Assembly: GCA_004431415.1 (NCBI GenBank)
Contig: QPMI01000066.1
Location: 310,001 to 374,000 of the forward strand
Direction of reading: 5' to 3'
DNA length: 64,000 nucleotides
DNA from: Cyanophora paradoxa CCMP329
Lineage: Eukaryota > Plantae > Glaucophyta
Shown: in pieces, positions 12,305-24,384 of the stretch
Numbering within the stretch: the stretch's first letter is position 1
How the letters are laid out: every line of letters begins with the position of its first letter
Notes under the pieces: generated by a model
What the model saw: only the letters and a program-made list of their open reading frames with translations
Database searches by the model: none
Told to the model about the DNA's origin: nothing
Program-made: the position numbers and the translations under genes

Positions 12305-13480
12305 TCATGAGCTGCAGCTGTAGCCGCAGCCGGCTCTGGCACTTTGCTGATGTGCGCATTCGCAGGCTGATGTTCATGGCGAGAATTCGGGATCGAAGTC
12401 CCAAGCGCGCCCTGGGGGATCCTCCCGCCGCATGCGCAAGGGCTAGTCGACGTACCCCGCTCTCCTTCCCCCGCACTCCCAAACCCGGCCCGTCCTCCGC
12501 CGCCCTCCCCCTCCCCCCCTCCCCTCCCCCCTACGCCCCCCCCCCCCCCCCCCTTTCCGCCCACCCCCCGGCCCTCATCCCGCTGCATTGCCCCTGCCTT
12601 GCTCTCTCCGCCTCCTCCCTCCTTCGCTCCTTCCCTTTTTTTCATGCAGGTGTACAGTGATCATGAACCTGCCAAATACAGGACACGCATTAAAGCCGAA
12701 TTCCGCTCCGCACACCCGTTTCCGGTCCCTCACGCGATCTCGCCTGAGAGCGAAGCCGGTTTGAATGACGATACAGTACAGTCTCATGATCAAAGTCTAC
12801 GGTAGAATTCGAATCTCACGATGTCCACCAGGCTAGTCGCGCTGCCATGGGTCGCGTGTGGCGCTGCGGGCCCGCTTCATTGTAGGCTTTTCCGTCTTGT
12901 AGCTGGGTCCACACTCCGAGCGGGGGCGGAGGCGCCGCGGCGGCGGGGCATGCGCATGGCCCTTGGCCGAGTCGCTGAGGGCGTGCCGGAGGGCCCTGTC
13001 CCGCGTTTCGGAGGCGAGCAGAACGAGGGTCGCCCCGTCCTCCTCCTGCGCGTCCGCGCGATTCATTTAATTGAGATCTATTGATGTCGATGATGTCGAT
13101 TCATTTAATTTATAGATCTAGACTGTATGCGGATTGGATCCGGATCTTGAGCCAGGGGTTTGCGCCGGCGGCGAGCAGAGCCCGCATGCGCCGCCGCGGC
13201 CCCGGCCCAGACCGGCACCTGCAGGAAAAGATGGCGTACCCCCAGGGCCTCAAGCCGGAGCCCGGCCGCGGCCCGTCCCCTGCTCACGCTCAGCGGCTCA
13301 GGGCCGGGCGGCTTCTAGATCATTTTAGCTTTTAGATTGAGAGCATGCCCCGCCCCCTCGGGCCGCGTGCCGGCGCCACTGTGCTGAATTCGGTTTCCGT
13401 TCAAAAAAAAACAGTCATGTACAAAAAGTCTGTGCAGCCGCGAGTGGGTCGCGGGGAGCGGGCATTGCGTTCGAGCGCGT

Positions 13481-16400
13481 TCAGTGCGGGAGGAGGCCGG
13501 CGCCCCCGATGAGCCCCTGGGCGGTCTGCAGCAGGTTGACCGGCGTCTTACCGTCTGCGTAGCAGAACCAAGTCAGTCAGAGCGGCCGGAAGAGCAGACA
13601 GAGCAGAAGGGCGCGCCCGTGATGAGGAAGCCCTGCAGGTTGAGGCCCTTGAGGAGAGAGGCCTGCGCCTCGGGCCCCGCCGTCGCGATCGCCTTGAGCG
13701 TGTCCTGCCCGATCGCCTCGATGACGCGGCGGAGCTTCTCCGCCTCGATCTCCGCGAGCCGCTGGGCCTTCTCGATCTCGAGCGACGTCAGCTCGCGCTC
13801 GTGCTCTAGCTCTGCCTTCTGTCGCTCCCGGAGAGACTCGACCTCTGCCTCGCACTGGATCCGCAGCGCGTCGGCCTTCTGGCGAGCCTACGGAGCGGAG
13901 AGATCAGATCTCGCGGATCAAATTCACACTCGGAGATTTGATCTGGATGGCTCGCTCGCCTGCTTGACGGCGGCGTCGCCCTCGATGTTGGCGGCGTCGG
14001 CGCGGGCCATCGCCTCGGCCTTGGCCACACCGGTGGACTCGACGGCCGCCGACTCGGACTTGAGGAGCAGCAGCTCGCGCCGCTCCTTCTCCGCCTCCTT
14101 CTCCGCGACGATCTTCTGGCGGTCGAGCTCGCCCCGCGCCTTCTGCTCCTTCTCCTCGGCCTTCTGGCGCGCCTCCGCCTCCTGGCTGTTCGTCGTGATC
14201 TCGATGGCGAGCTGCACGGACTTCTGCAGAGCCTCCCGCGTCTTCTGGTCGACCGGCTCCACCGACTGCACGTCGATGTTCGTGATGCAGAGCTGGTTCG
14301 ACGGGAAGACGAAGCCTGTCGCGTCCTGCGAGAAGCGGGGCGGCGGCGTGAGCCCAAGGAAAGCGGTAGAGGAGGGGGGAGAAGCGGTGGGGGGGTACCT
14401 GGATGACGCCCTCCTTGGAGACGCCGAAGACGGCGCGGCGGATGATGTGCGCCGAGTTGCGGTGGAACTCGTCAAAGGTCACAGTGGCGACCTGAGCGGG
14501 CGGGGGCGGCCGGCGCGAGCGTGAGCGAGCTGGCGAAGGGGGCGGAGGGGGAGGGGGGGGGGGGGGGGGAAAGGGCGCACGGCGCCGCGGACGCGAGAGG
14601 CGACGGCCTTGCAGGCGTCGCCCACGAAGTCGGGGATGGAGAAGAGCTTGGACTTGTGCTCCTCGGTCAGGTTGGCGGGGAGCCGGAACTCCCAGTTGTA
14701 CGACATCTGCAGCTTGAGGCGCGTGTGGTCGCTCGTCTCGACGACGACGATGTCGGTCATGAAGTCGGGGCCGAGCAGGAGCGCCAGCGAGCGGATCGCG
14801 TTGGGCTTCTTCGGCTTGCCGCCCGAGATGGAGAGCACTGTGAACTGCTCGTCGGGGCCGAGCATGCAGAGGGCGGGGCCCAGCTCGACGCGCGCCCGCG
14901 CCGACTCCTTCTTGCCGCCCTTCGCCTGGGCGTAATCTGCGAGGCCGCGCGGGACGACGTGAGCGGGCGGGGCGGGGCGGGCAGAGGGCGACGCGGCGGC
15001 GGGCGGGGCGCTGGTATCCGCACCGTAGATCTGGACGGCGGCGTTGTGGGGCACCCGGAAGGTGACGACGCGGGTGCGGTCCCGCGGCTTGGGGGCGCCC
15101 CCGGCGCGGGGCGGCCGCGCGGGCGCCGAGATGGGGCGGCCCGTGCTCGCCGGCTCCTCCCCGTCCGCGTTCGCGTCCTGCGCGAAGCGATCCGAGCGCG
15201 GGTCCGACTCCCGCGCCAGGAGATCCTCCACCGCCGGCGGGAGCTGCGGGCAAGCGAGCGAGCGCACTCAGCTCAGCGGCGCTCAGAAGCTAGCCATTCT
15301 TCTTCTCACCTCCTTCTCCCAGAGCTCCTCGTTCGCGGTGAGCATGTAGCTCTTGCCGATGACGGCGCGGACCTCGCCCGACTTGAGGTCGCGCACGTAG
15401 ACGCCCTCGTTGTTGCCCAGCGCGATCTCGCGCCGCCGCTCCACCACGTCCACGCGCACGTCCGGAACGTAGTCGCGGGGCCCGCGGATGAGCCAGCGGT
15501 CGCCCGGCTTGCGGACGACGCCCTCGCCCGCCTCCAGGCTCTGGTCGTCGCTCTGAGGCGGCGAGGCGAGGAGAGGCGTGAGTCGGAGAGGAGCGGTCTT
15601 CGGCTACGACTGCCCGCGCGGGCGGGCGGGAGGGAGCGCGGGCGCACGATCTCCTCGCGGGCTTTCAGGAGGAGCGCTTCCTCCTCGCCCAGGATGTAGA
15701 CATTCTGAATGCCGGCCTCAAGGCGCTCGCCCGGCTGCAGGAAGAACGAGTCCTCGCCCTTGCGGATCTCCCGCTTGCCCAGCTGCGGGCGGGCGGGGAC
15801 ACGTCAGGTCGGAGCGGGCGTGGACTTCTGCCGCTTCTCCCTTCTTCTTCTTCTTCTAGCGCACCTGCTGCTTGCCGTTCGCGTCGTACGGGTCGAGGAC
15901 CACGACGTACTGGCGGTTGGAGAGGGTCGTCAGGTTCACCTCGCCCACGACCTGCGCGCCCGAGGCCCCGTGAGCCCTCTCCCCACCCGTCTGCGCCGCG
16001 AAGAGCGGACCTGCTCGTAGACGTCCGGGATGTGCGTCTCGGCGTCCTTGATGGTCACGAGCCACTGCTCTCCGGCCTTGCGCTCCCGCCCGAACACGTC
16101 GGTGAAGGTGCGCGTCGCGATGAGGTGCAGCGCCTTCTTCTCGGTCAGGACGTCTGCGGCGGGGGTCGGCCGGCGTCCGGGCGGAAGAGGCGGAGGAAAG
16201 GCTCGGCTCTGCGTGCGCACAGGCCTCGACGATGCTGACGACCTCCTCGTCGACGGCGGTGAGGTACGCGCCCTCGTCGCGCATGAGCCACTCCTCGCCG
16301 GCCTTGCGCGGCGCGTTGTTGCGGTCCTTGCACGCCTTGCGCGCCCGCAGGCGCAGCGCCTGGTTCGGCTTCACGATCTGGCTCGTCATCGTCTCCACGA

Positions 16401-17326
16401 CCTTGACAGCCACGTTCGGGAAGTACGTGCTGTGGCAAGGTTAGAGGAGGAAGAAGAAAGAAATGAGCGAGAGGAGAGCGGACCCGGGGCCCTCGAAGAG
16501 CCACTGCGGAGCGGGGGCGGTCAGAAGCGAACGGGAGAAGAAGGGAAGAGAAGGCTCGCCTCATCTCCCGCGACGCGCTTGATGTCGGCGCCCGACTCGA
16601 GAACGTCGGTGAAGTCCCGAACAGCGCGAAGACGAAGCGCGGTGAGCGGAGGGATGACCTGGAGCGGGACTCGGAGGTGGCTGACGGGACGCGCGGACGG
16701 CCGCCTCGCACCTGCAGCGGCGAGACGCTGCCGACCAGCTTCTCCCCAGGATAAAGCGGGAAGGGGTCCGGGCACTCCTTCTGCGGCCGGCGTGAGCGCT
16801 CAGATCGGGGGCCCGAAGGCAAATTAGATCCGCACCTCAGTGCGGATCTCCTGGTCGCCATTCTTGAGCTTGATCTGCCCGTGAGCATCCTTTACCGGAG
16901 CCTTCGACGTGGCGTCGCGAACGATGGGGTTCGAGATGATCTGCCGGTGTATGCTTTAATGAGGTGGCGGTTGGAGCGGCGAAGCGAAGCAGGGCGATGC
17001 GGCACGTACGCAGTAGTGCCGAGGAGGAATAGTGACCTGCAAGCGAAGGTGAGCTGGCGTTGGGACGGCCAGGACGCGAAAGATTAGCGAGAAGGCGGAC
17101 CATCTGCTCTGGGCCGGCGATGACCTTCTCATGGTCTTGCCGGATGAACGTTTGGGGGCCACATTCGATGCGGGTAACATTGCTGTTGTTGTCGAGAACG
17201 TGGATATAGTGGTAGGGCTTGATACTGCGGAGGTCCCGTGCCCGTCAGAGCGCTGGAGCGGCCGGGGGACGTACGTCCGCCCGAAACACTGGCAAACACG
17301 CACCGGATGAGATTCGAGTCCGCCAT
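13481..17326 (-). CDS. MVP: Major vault protein
   Basis: N-terminus MADSNLIR|[33 protein letters not shown]; vault repeats [14 protein letters not shown]; shoulder [65 protein letters not shown]; cap helix [24 protein letters not shown]; C-terminus [11 protein letters not shown]. Confidence 0.97.
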
Positions 17327-17852
17327 CCTGGCACCGTCCGCGTCCGGAGGCGGCGAGGGCTGTGTGGGTCGGCTCGTCGTGGAGTGGACTAGGGCAGCGA
17401 CTACTCTGTTCAAAGGTGTCAGCCAGACGTCTGTGCTCTGTGCGGGGCGTGTTCGGATGCCTACCGCTGCTCTAGCTGATCCGTGTGAAAGTGCTCGGCG
17501 AGGGGGGTACGTTGACTCAAAAAAGTGACCAGCTTGGCCAGCACCTGACGTGCTATCTTTGGCACTCGCTGGCGCATTCAGTTTCGGATTCTACGCCGAC
17601 TAAATGTGCGCTCAGGCATATGCGTGCTCCCAAAGATAGCTCGCGCTAGCTATAGCCCCCTACGCATACGCGCGCGCATGCGCATGCGCATGCCACGCGC
17701 ACGCGTATACGTACGCCAAGAAAGGCCCCGGTCCAGGCCCGCGGGCGGCTTCTCCGCGAGTCGAGGCCAACGAATTCAAAAAAGAAACACTGCGAGAATC
17801 TCAGTGGCGCTGCGCTAGGCCGGCCCCCCGCCCTAGACCTAGGCCTAGCGAG

Positions 17853-20800
17853 TCACTGAGTGGAGCGGCCCCAGCCGCTGCTGGGGGCCGAGGCGAGGCC
17901 CCAGCCGGCGGAGGCGGCGGAGGCGCGGCCGCCCGAGGCGGCGCCCCAGCCCGAGGCCCCCGAAGCCGCCGACCGCAGCGCCGCGCCCGCCGAGTTGTAC
18001 CCGATGAGGATGCGGTCGAGGTCCTCCTGGCCCTCCCCCAGGCCCTCCCGGAACATTCCCATCACCTGCCGCTCGGAAAACTGCGCCAAAAGCTCAAGTC
18101 AGAGAGGAGCAGCATGTATAGCTGGGCGGGCAGGCGGGCGGGCCTGGGGGAAGGTGGCCTTCATGAGCTGCGAGAACTCGGCGAAGGTCAGGCGCCCGTC
18201 CGCGTTCAGGTCGCCCGCGAGCATCAACTCCTGTGCATGAACCCCCCGTCAGACCCACCCCGGAGTCTGAGGTGGGGCGGGGCGGGGCGGGGCGGGGCAG
18301 GGCGGGCCTGGAGGTAGGCGGCGAGGCGGCGGTTCCCCTGGGCGTTCTCCTCCAGCAGGATGTCCATAAAGGCGTCCAGGTCGATGTGCGTCGCCATCTG
18401 AGCAAAGGGGAAGGGGGAGGGGAGGGGGGGGGGCGGGAAGGGAGGGGGGGGAGGCGGGGAAGGAGTCCGTGAGGCGGGCGCCCCCGGAGGAGGATGGAGG
18501 GGGGAGGGGGGTACCTCGATGGTCGTGACGTTGCGGCCCCGCGCGCTGCGCCGCTGCGTGTTGTACGCCAGCTGCCCCCCACGGACGTCAGGAGGCAGGC
18601 GGGCCGGGCCGATGGCGGGGAGGGCGAAGCGAAGCAGAGCAAAGCGGAGCGGGGCGGGGCGGGCCTGCTTGACGCGGAAGACGGCGTTGAGGTCCTCGTC
18701 CTCCCCCAGGCTCTGCGCCGCCTGCGCCCCCGCCACCCGGCGTCAGGCGCCAGCCGCGGTCTCTGCCGGGCCCGAGGCTGACCCCGGCCCCCCCCCAAGA
18801 GACCCGGGGCCCGGGGCCCGCCGATGTCAGCCGCGCGTCGCCATCGTAACCTAGCCCAGTTGGACCCGCCCTCCAGCCCCGCCCTCGCGCACCTTGGCAA
18901 GCTTCTCCGCGAGGCCGGGGATCCCGAACTCGTCGTGCTGCGCGTCCCGCAGCGCGAACACCACCGTCTCCAGCGCCCTGCCGCGCCGCCCCGTCGTCAG
19001 CTCCCGCCAGCCTCGTCCCGACTCGTTCCCTTATTTCCCTCGTTCTATCGTCTTATCTCATTCTATCTTGCTTAGTTCCCTTGCCTCGTCTATCCTTTCC
19101 TATCTCATCTTGCTAAGCCCGCGCTTCCTTCCTTCTCCCTTGCCCTCTACGGCGGGCGGGCGGACCGTGCTGTGGAGACTGTTATGGACGCGTTGCGACC
19201 CGGACCTAGCCGGAGTCGAACCAACGACTAAGGGGTGTCAGGGCGGCAGTTCTACCAACAGGCCATCTCGCGAGAGGCTAGTGATTCCCCGAATCATCCC
19301 GGGTCCTCACACTGCACGCAACAAGACGACGGCGGTGCCGTCGTCGTTGACGCGGAAGACGGAGGGCGGGGACTGGTGCGCCACGAGGCGGAAGGCCGTC
19401 AGGTAGAAGTCGAGCTCGTCGTTCGAGAGGGCCCGGAACGAGCCGCAGAAGCGGAGGAAGAGGAGGATGCCAGGCGCCTAAGGCAGAAAGGAAAGAAAGC
19501 GAGTCAGACGCGAGTGGAGCCGGCTAGCCGGCGAGCTCGAGTCAGCCGCGCGCCTCGTCGCGGTGCTCGTGGCAGGAGGTGAAGAGGTCCACCAGGGCCA
19601 TCTCCGCCTGAGGAAAGGAAAAGGCGGCAAACAGATTAGAGGAGGGGGAGGAGGGGGAGGGGGAGGTGCGGGGAGGGGCGCGCCAGCTTGCGTGTGCCGA
19701 GCTTGTGGACGTACATCTCCACCACGAACTTGTGCAGCGGCTGCGCCGAAAGATCAGATCAGACCAGATCAGATCGGACTCGATCAGATGATTTGTGAAG
19801 GGGAGAAGGGGGCCCGGGCGGCAGCAGAGAGTGCGCCGGGCAGCGGAGGGAGGGCGCTAGGGTCCGGGGAAAGGGGCGCGAGCGCGAGCGCGCACGCTCT
19901 TGCGGCCGCCCTCGCGCGTCTCGAAGTCGTCCGCCTCGAGCTTGGTCAGGTACACCTCCCGGATCGCCTTCAGGCAGTACGCCGCGTTCTTCTTCTTTGG
20001 CTCGTAGTCTTCGGGGGTATCGTAAAGAGCTCGTCGACGCGCTCGACGATCTCGGTGCGGCGCTCGGCCATGCGCTCGAAGTCCTCCAGCTGCGCCTCGA
20101 TGCCGATCTCCAGCGACTCCATCTTCTCCCGGGCTGTGAAGGGGGGGGGGGTGGAGGTTGAGGGGGTACAGCGCGGAAACGACGAGGAGGTTAGGGGCGG
20201 CGAACCGGACTCGACGGCTCCGGAGAGGCCGGTGAAGGCCGCCGGCTTGCCCCGCTGCTGCTGATGCGCCTGTTGCGCCTCGTTCGGGTGCGGCGCCGAC
20301 GGGGCCGCCGCCCCCTGCGCCGCCCGCTCCTCCGCCTCCGCCTCCGCCACTGCGGACCCGCGAGCTGAGCGCCGGACGGACTTGTACAGGATACCGGGTG
20401 GGGGGAGGGGGTTACGCCGCACCCTCGGCGGCGGTGGGTTCGAACACGTACGCCCCGTCCGCGAGCTCGGCGACGCGGCGGACGGTGTACTCGATGGCGG
20501 TCGTCACGCGGGGCGGCTCCGGCGCCTCCCGCTTCGCCTTGAGGGCTAGGGGCGCCAGGTCGCCCCGGATCAAATCCGTGAGGGCCTCCTGGCAGGTCGC
20601 GCAGTCGTAGAAGCCCGTCAGGGCCATCACGTGGACGACGCAGTGGTCGCAGGGGAGCGAGAGCTTGTAGACCGGCTCCTCCGCCAGCGCGTCCCGCGGG
20701 CTCGAGCCGCCGCCCGCCGCCTCCTGCGCCCGCCGCTCCCGCGCGCTGCCGCCGCCGGGCGCCGTCGCCTGCGGAACCGGCGGCATCGACGTGCCCCCGC

Positions 20801-21717
20801 CGTCTCTGCTCCGGCCCGTCACGGCTGCGGGAGGGCGGGCGGGCGTTAGGCGGGGAGGCTGCGGCAGGGGCGGGCCCGGCTGCGCACCGTCTCTGTTGTA
20901 GCTGAAGCGCGGCACGCTGTTACCGAAGCCGGCGCGGTGCGCATGCGAGCTCGAGGGGCGCTTTCCCCTCCTCGAGGGCGGCGGGTGCGCGGCGCCCGCT
21001 GCAGCCTGAGCCGCGCCGCCGGCCTCGCCGCTGGGCCCGGCCTCGTCCGCACCGGCCGGCTTTGGCTCTGCGTCCGCCGGCTCCTGCGCGGCCGCGGCTT
21101 CGCATCTGGAGGCGGCGGCGCCTGCGCCTGCCGGGCGACGTGCAGGCGCGCCGAGCGGGGGCGCTCCTCTTCAACGCTCCTGAACGTCGCGGGGCCCCGG
21201 GACGAGGGCGGCCGTGGCCTGAGCGGGCCCCTGTCCGTCTTGGATCCCGGGTTCGTCGCTGCGGCCGACCGGGGGCGACGCGCCAGGTTCCTGAGCCCCA
21301 ATGTCTCCGCTGTCGTCGACGGCCCGGGGCCCACCCCATCGGGCGGCGCCTATCGCATCGGCGCCGAGAACGCTGGTGCTAACGAGCTGGCCGCCGGCAG
21401 GCGTCCGCTTAGCTACGCTGTCGCACTGGGCGGTATTTTGGGCCGAGGCGGCTACAGGTCAGAGAAGAGAATGCAAGGCTGCAGAACTGCTTCTGGATCG
21501 CAGAACGGGCCTGCAGCTTAAGCGGGCGACCTTGACGGCCAGGCGGGGAGCAGCTCAGCAGCAACCGCGCCCTATCGGAGCGATGGATCCGGGTCTCGAG
21601 GCTTAGGCGGTTGCGCCGCAAGTTGGCCGCAAGTTGTTGCACTTCGTGGGGTACAGTCTCACTGCGTTTTCTATTCGCTTTCCCCGAATCTGTCAAGTCC
21701 TGGCTCTTCTCGGCCAT
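17853..21717 (-). pseudogene. Degenerate copy of the EF-hand gene at 23495-28470
   Basis: Relative to the right copy it has a 1-nt indel near 21098, a deletion of about 0.8 kb at about 20015 removing several exons, a 144 bp element inserted in an exon at 19180 and a further deletion near 17990. Confidence 0.8.
19180..19323 (-). mobile_element. 144 bp solo-LTR/TRIM-like insertion containing a tRNA-derived Pol III promoter
   Basis: Termini TGTT...AACA; 4-bp TSD AGAC at 19176-19179 and 19324-19327; empty site in the paralog at about 25310. On the minus strand: A box TGGCCTGTTGG (19265-19255) and B box GGTTCGACTCC (19222-19212). Confidence 0.85.
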
Positions 21718-22084
21718 CTTGAACGCGCTTAATGGTTCCTGTGGAACGCAGCCCAACGCAGCAGCGCTGACAATGTTGGCGTGGGGACTAGAGTGCACTT
21801 CGTTCGCTCATCGCGTTATCGCAAGCATAGATCCGTTGAAGCATAGGGGTGAAGCGGTCCGCTGAGCAGTATACGCAGCGGGAATGGTGTCAAAAAAGCG
21901 AAAGCTATCCCTGGACGCACGCGAGCGGCGGAAGCCGCAGCTCAAGGTAAATGGTTCTGGTTCTGGTTCTAGTTCTTCCGCAGTCGATCGAATGCAGTCT
22001 GGTCCCTCATAGTATGGTTCTGGTTCTAGTTCTGTCGCAGCGGATGTCATAATCTGTGCTCTGATCGGCCCTACCATTCAAGAG

Positions 22085-22765
22085 ATGCATATGGCTGCGA
22101 ACCTCGCCCCCGCCCCCGCCCCCGCGAACCTCGCCGATGCGCTGCAGCAGCTTCAACAAGCGTGTCTCTTCCTGGGCAACCAGCTCCCGCAAGCCGTCAA
22201 CCTAGCAGCGCTAGCCAATGTAAGCTCCGCCTCGCCCTAGCTTCTCGCTTTTCCCTCGCCGTCTGACCCTGCGCATATTCGCTTTGCGACGTCAAACAGG
22301 TCCCTGCTCAGCTGGAGGCAATAATGGAGCGACTGGATGACATGCGGGATGACATCATTGGCATGCGGAATGAAATGCGGAATGTGAAGCGGGTCCGCCC
22401 GCTACTGCGCGCGCGTGCAGTCCGCCTCAATTCAGATTCGGAATGCGCAGCGACTTGACAAGCTGCACAACGCGACCTGTGTGCGCATTCGTTTCCCCCG
22501 GCCCTGCACTTGATTATAAGCCGTATTTCTCGTGCGACCTTCCGCTTAGGGCGATGGAGCCGCCTACGGCTATGAGCCCGTGGAGAACGATCACGGCGAT
22601 CTTCCCCCGGCGGCATTGCGCATCACCAGCCGCCAGCAGCTCATGGAACTGGACAACCCGCGACTGAACCAGCTACTCCAGTTCTACGGATTGGCCGCAA
22701 ACGGCGACATAGAAGCTCGCAGACGTCGTCTCATTCGATACCTTGGTCTGCGTTGCACCTACTAA
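22085..22765 (+). CDS. Small coiled-coil protein with Mug135-like (DUF1773-type) C-terminal domain, 4 exons
   Basis: Exons 22085-22219, 22300-22392, 22451-22480 and 22550-22765 splice in frame: ..LEAIMERLDDMRDDIIGMRNEMRNVKRRLDKLHNATCGDGAAYGYEPVENDHGDLP..LNQLLQFYGLAANGDIEARRRRLIRYLG. Family call is from recalled motif similarity. Confidence 0.7.
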
Positions 22766-23376
22766 GCTTGTGCGGCTGCACCCCCCGCGCGAACTCCGTA
22801 CCCTCTGACACACGTTTGCCCAGGCCTGGCGACGTTGAATGCGCGGATTATCGAGCTGGAACCCCCTCCTCCTACGCCCTTTACCCCGATCGAGCTCTTC
22901 TGGGGGTACCCCTCCCTCGAGCTCTACCCCCTTTTTAGCTCTCTATTCCCGATATTTCGCGGCTCCGACGGCCGCCCGGGCACGCCTCTGATGTTCAATC
23001 GAAGGCGGATGCAAGGGTAGTTCATTTTACACTTATTCTTGAACTGACACGCACTGTTGGGTGCCGCGGTGGCGGGATTCGCATGCCATATGCATGTATG
23101 TGCGCTATGGCATGGGTGGCCCAGTTGAAGGCCAGTTCAAGGCCGGTTGCGGCTCTAACTTAAATTTGCTACTAATTATAAGATAAGTTAATTATAACTA
23201 TAGCTCAGCTGCAGCGGCTGCGGGATCCGCACGCTGGGCCGGATGCGGACCTTGTGCTCGTGTGCGGTGCGGCAAGGCTCGAGCTCGCTTTAGCTTCCGG
23301 CTTCGAAATTCGGATTAGAAGCCACGAGGATTGCCCTGCGCAGAGGCGCCGGGGCCCTGAGCCGAGAGCCCGGCTC

Positions 23377-24351
23377 CAAGACCGGCCCCGGTCCATGCAC
23401 GGCTTCGCCGCGAGTCGACGCCAGCAAATTCTAAAAAGAAGCACTACTACTGCGAGAATCTCGGTGGCGCTAGGCCGGCGCCCCCGCCCTAGGCCTAGCG
23501 AGTGGAGCGGCCCCAGCCGCTGCTGGGGGCCGAGGCGAGGCCCCAGCCGGCGGAGGCGGCGGAGGCGCGGCCGCCCGAGGCGGCGCCCCAGCCCGAGGCC
23601 CCCGAAGCCGCCGACCTCAGCGCCGCGCCCTCCTGCTTCTGCCGCGCCGCTGCGGGGCGGGGCGGGGCGAAGCGGGGCGGGGCGCGCGGCGCGTCAGCTC
23701 TCAGCCGAGTCGCAGCGATCAGCAAAGACAGAGAGACGGACCGTCCTTGAGCTGCTGCTCGACGACGAGGGCGAGGCGCTTGGGGTTGAGTTTGACGGCG
23801 TCCTGGGCCGAGTAGTACCCGATGAGGATGCGGTCCAGGTCCTCCTGGCCCTCCCCCAGGCCCTCGCGGAACATCCCCATCACCTGCCGCTCCGAGAACT
23901 GCCAAGAATCCAAGTCAGAGAAGTCTTAAAACTCGTAGAAGGCAGAAATTAGTCGTATCAGTCTTTTTATAGAGTCTTAGAGTCTTAGTCTTAGTCTTAG
24001 AAATTGGTCGTTTTATTACTTAGTTTTAAAACTCGTAGAAATCGTGCGGGGCGGGCGGGCGGGCGGGCGCGGGCGGGCCTGTGGGAAGGTGGCCTTCATG
24101 AGCTGGGAGAACTCGGCGAAGGTCAGGCGCCCGTCCGCGTTCAGGTCCCCCGAGAGCATCAGCTCCTGTGCATGAACCCCCCGTCAGACCCACCCCGGAG
24201 TCTGAGGTGGGGCGGGGCGGGGCGGGGCGGGGCAGGGCGGGCCTGGAGGTAGGCGGCGAGGCGGCGGTTCCCCTGGGCGTTCTCCTCCAGCAGGATGTCC
24301 ATAAAGGCGTCCAGGTCGATGTGCGTCGCCATCTGAGCAAAGGGGAAGGGG

Positions 24352-24384
<33 letters not shown>

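Larger units (their letters stand above)
17718..21721. repeat. Tandem segmental duplication, left copy (paralog of about 23377-28474)
   Basis: Exons and introns align collinearly at high identity with the right copy; homology stops 4 bp upstream of the putative ATG. Confidence 0.95.

Noticed and set aside
12800-13350. Small gene between RWP-RK and MVP
   Set aside because: No consistent spliced frame or homology could be built.
19200-19275. Functional tRNA-Val(GAC) gene
   Set aside because: Acceptor and anticodon stems do not pair, and the sequence lies inside a TSD-flanked insertion absent from the paralog.
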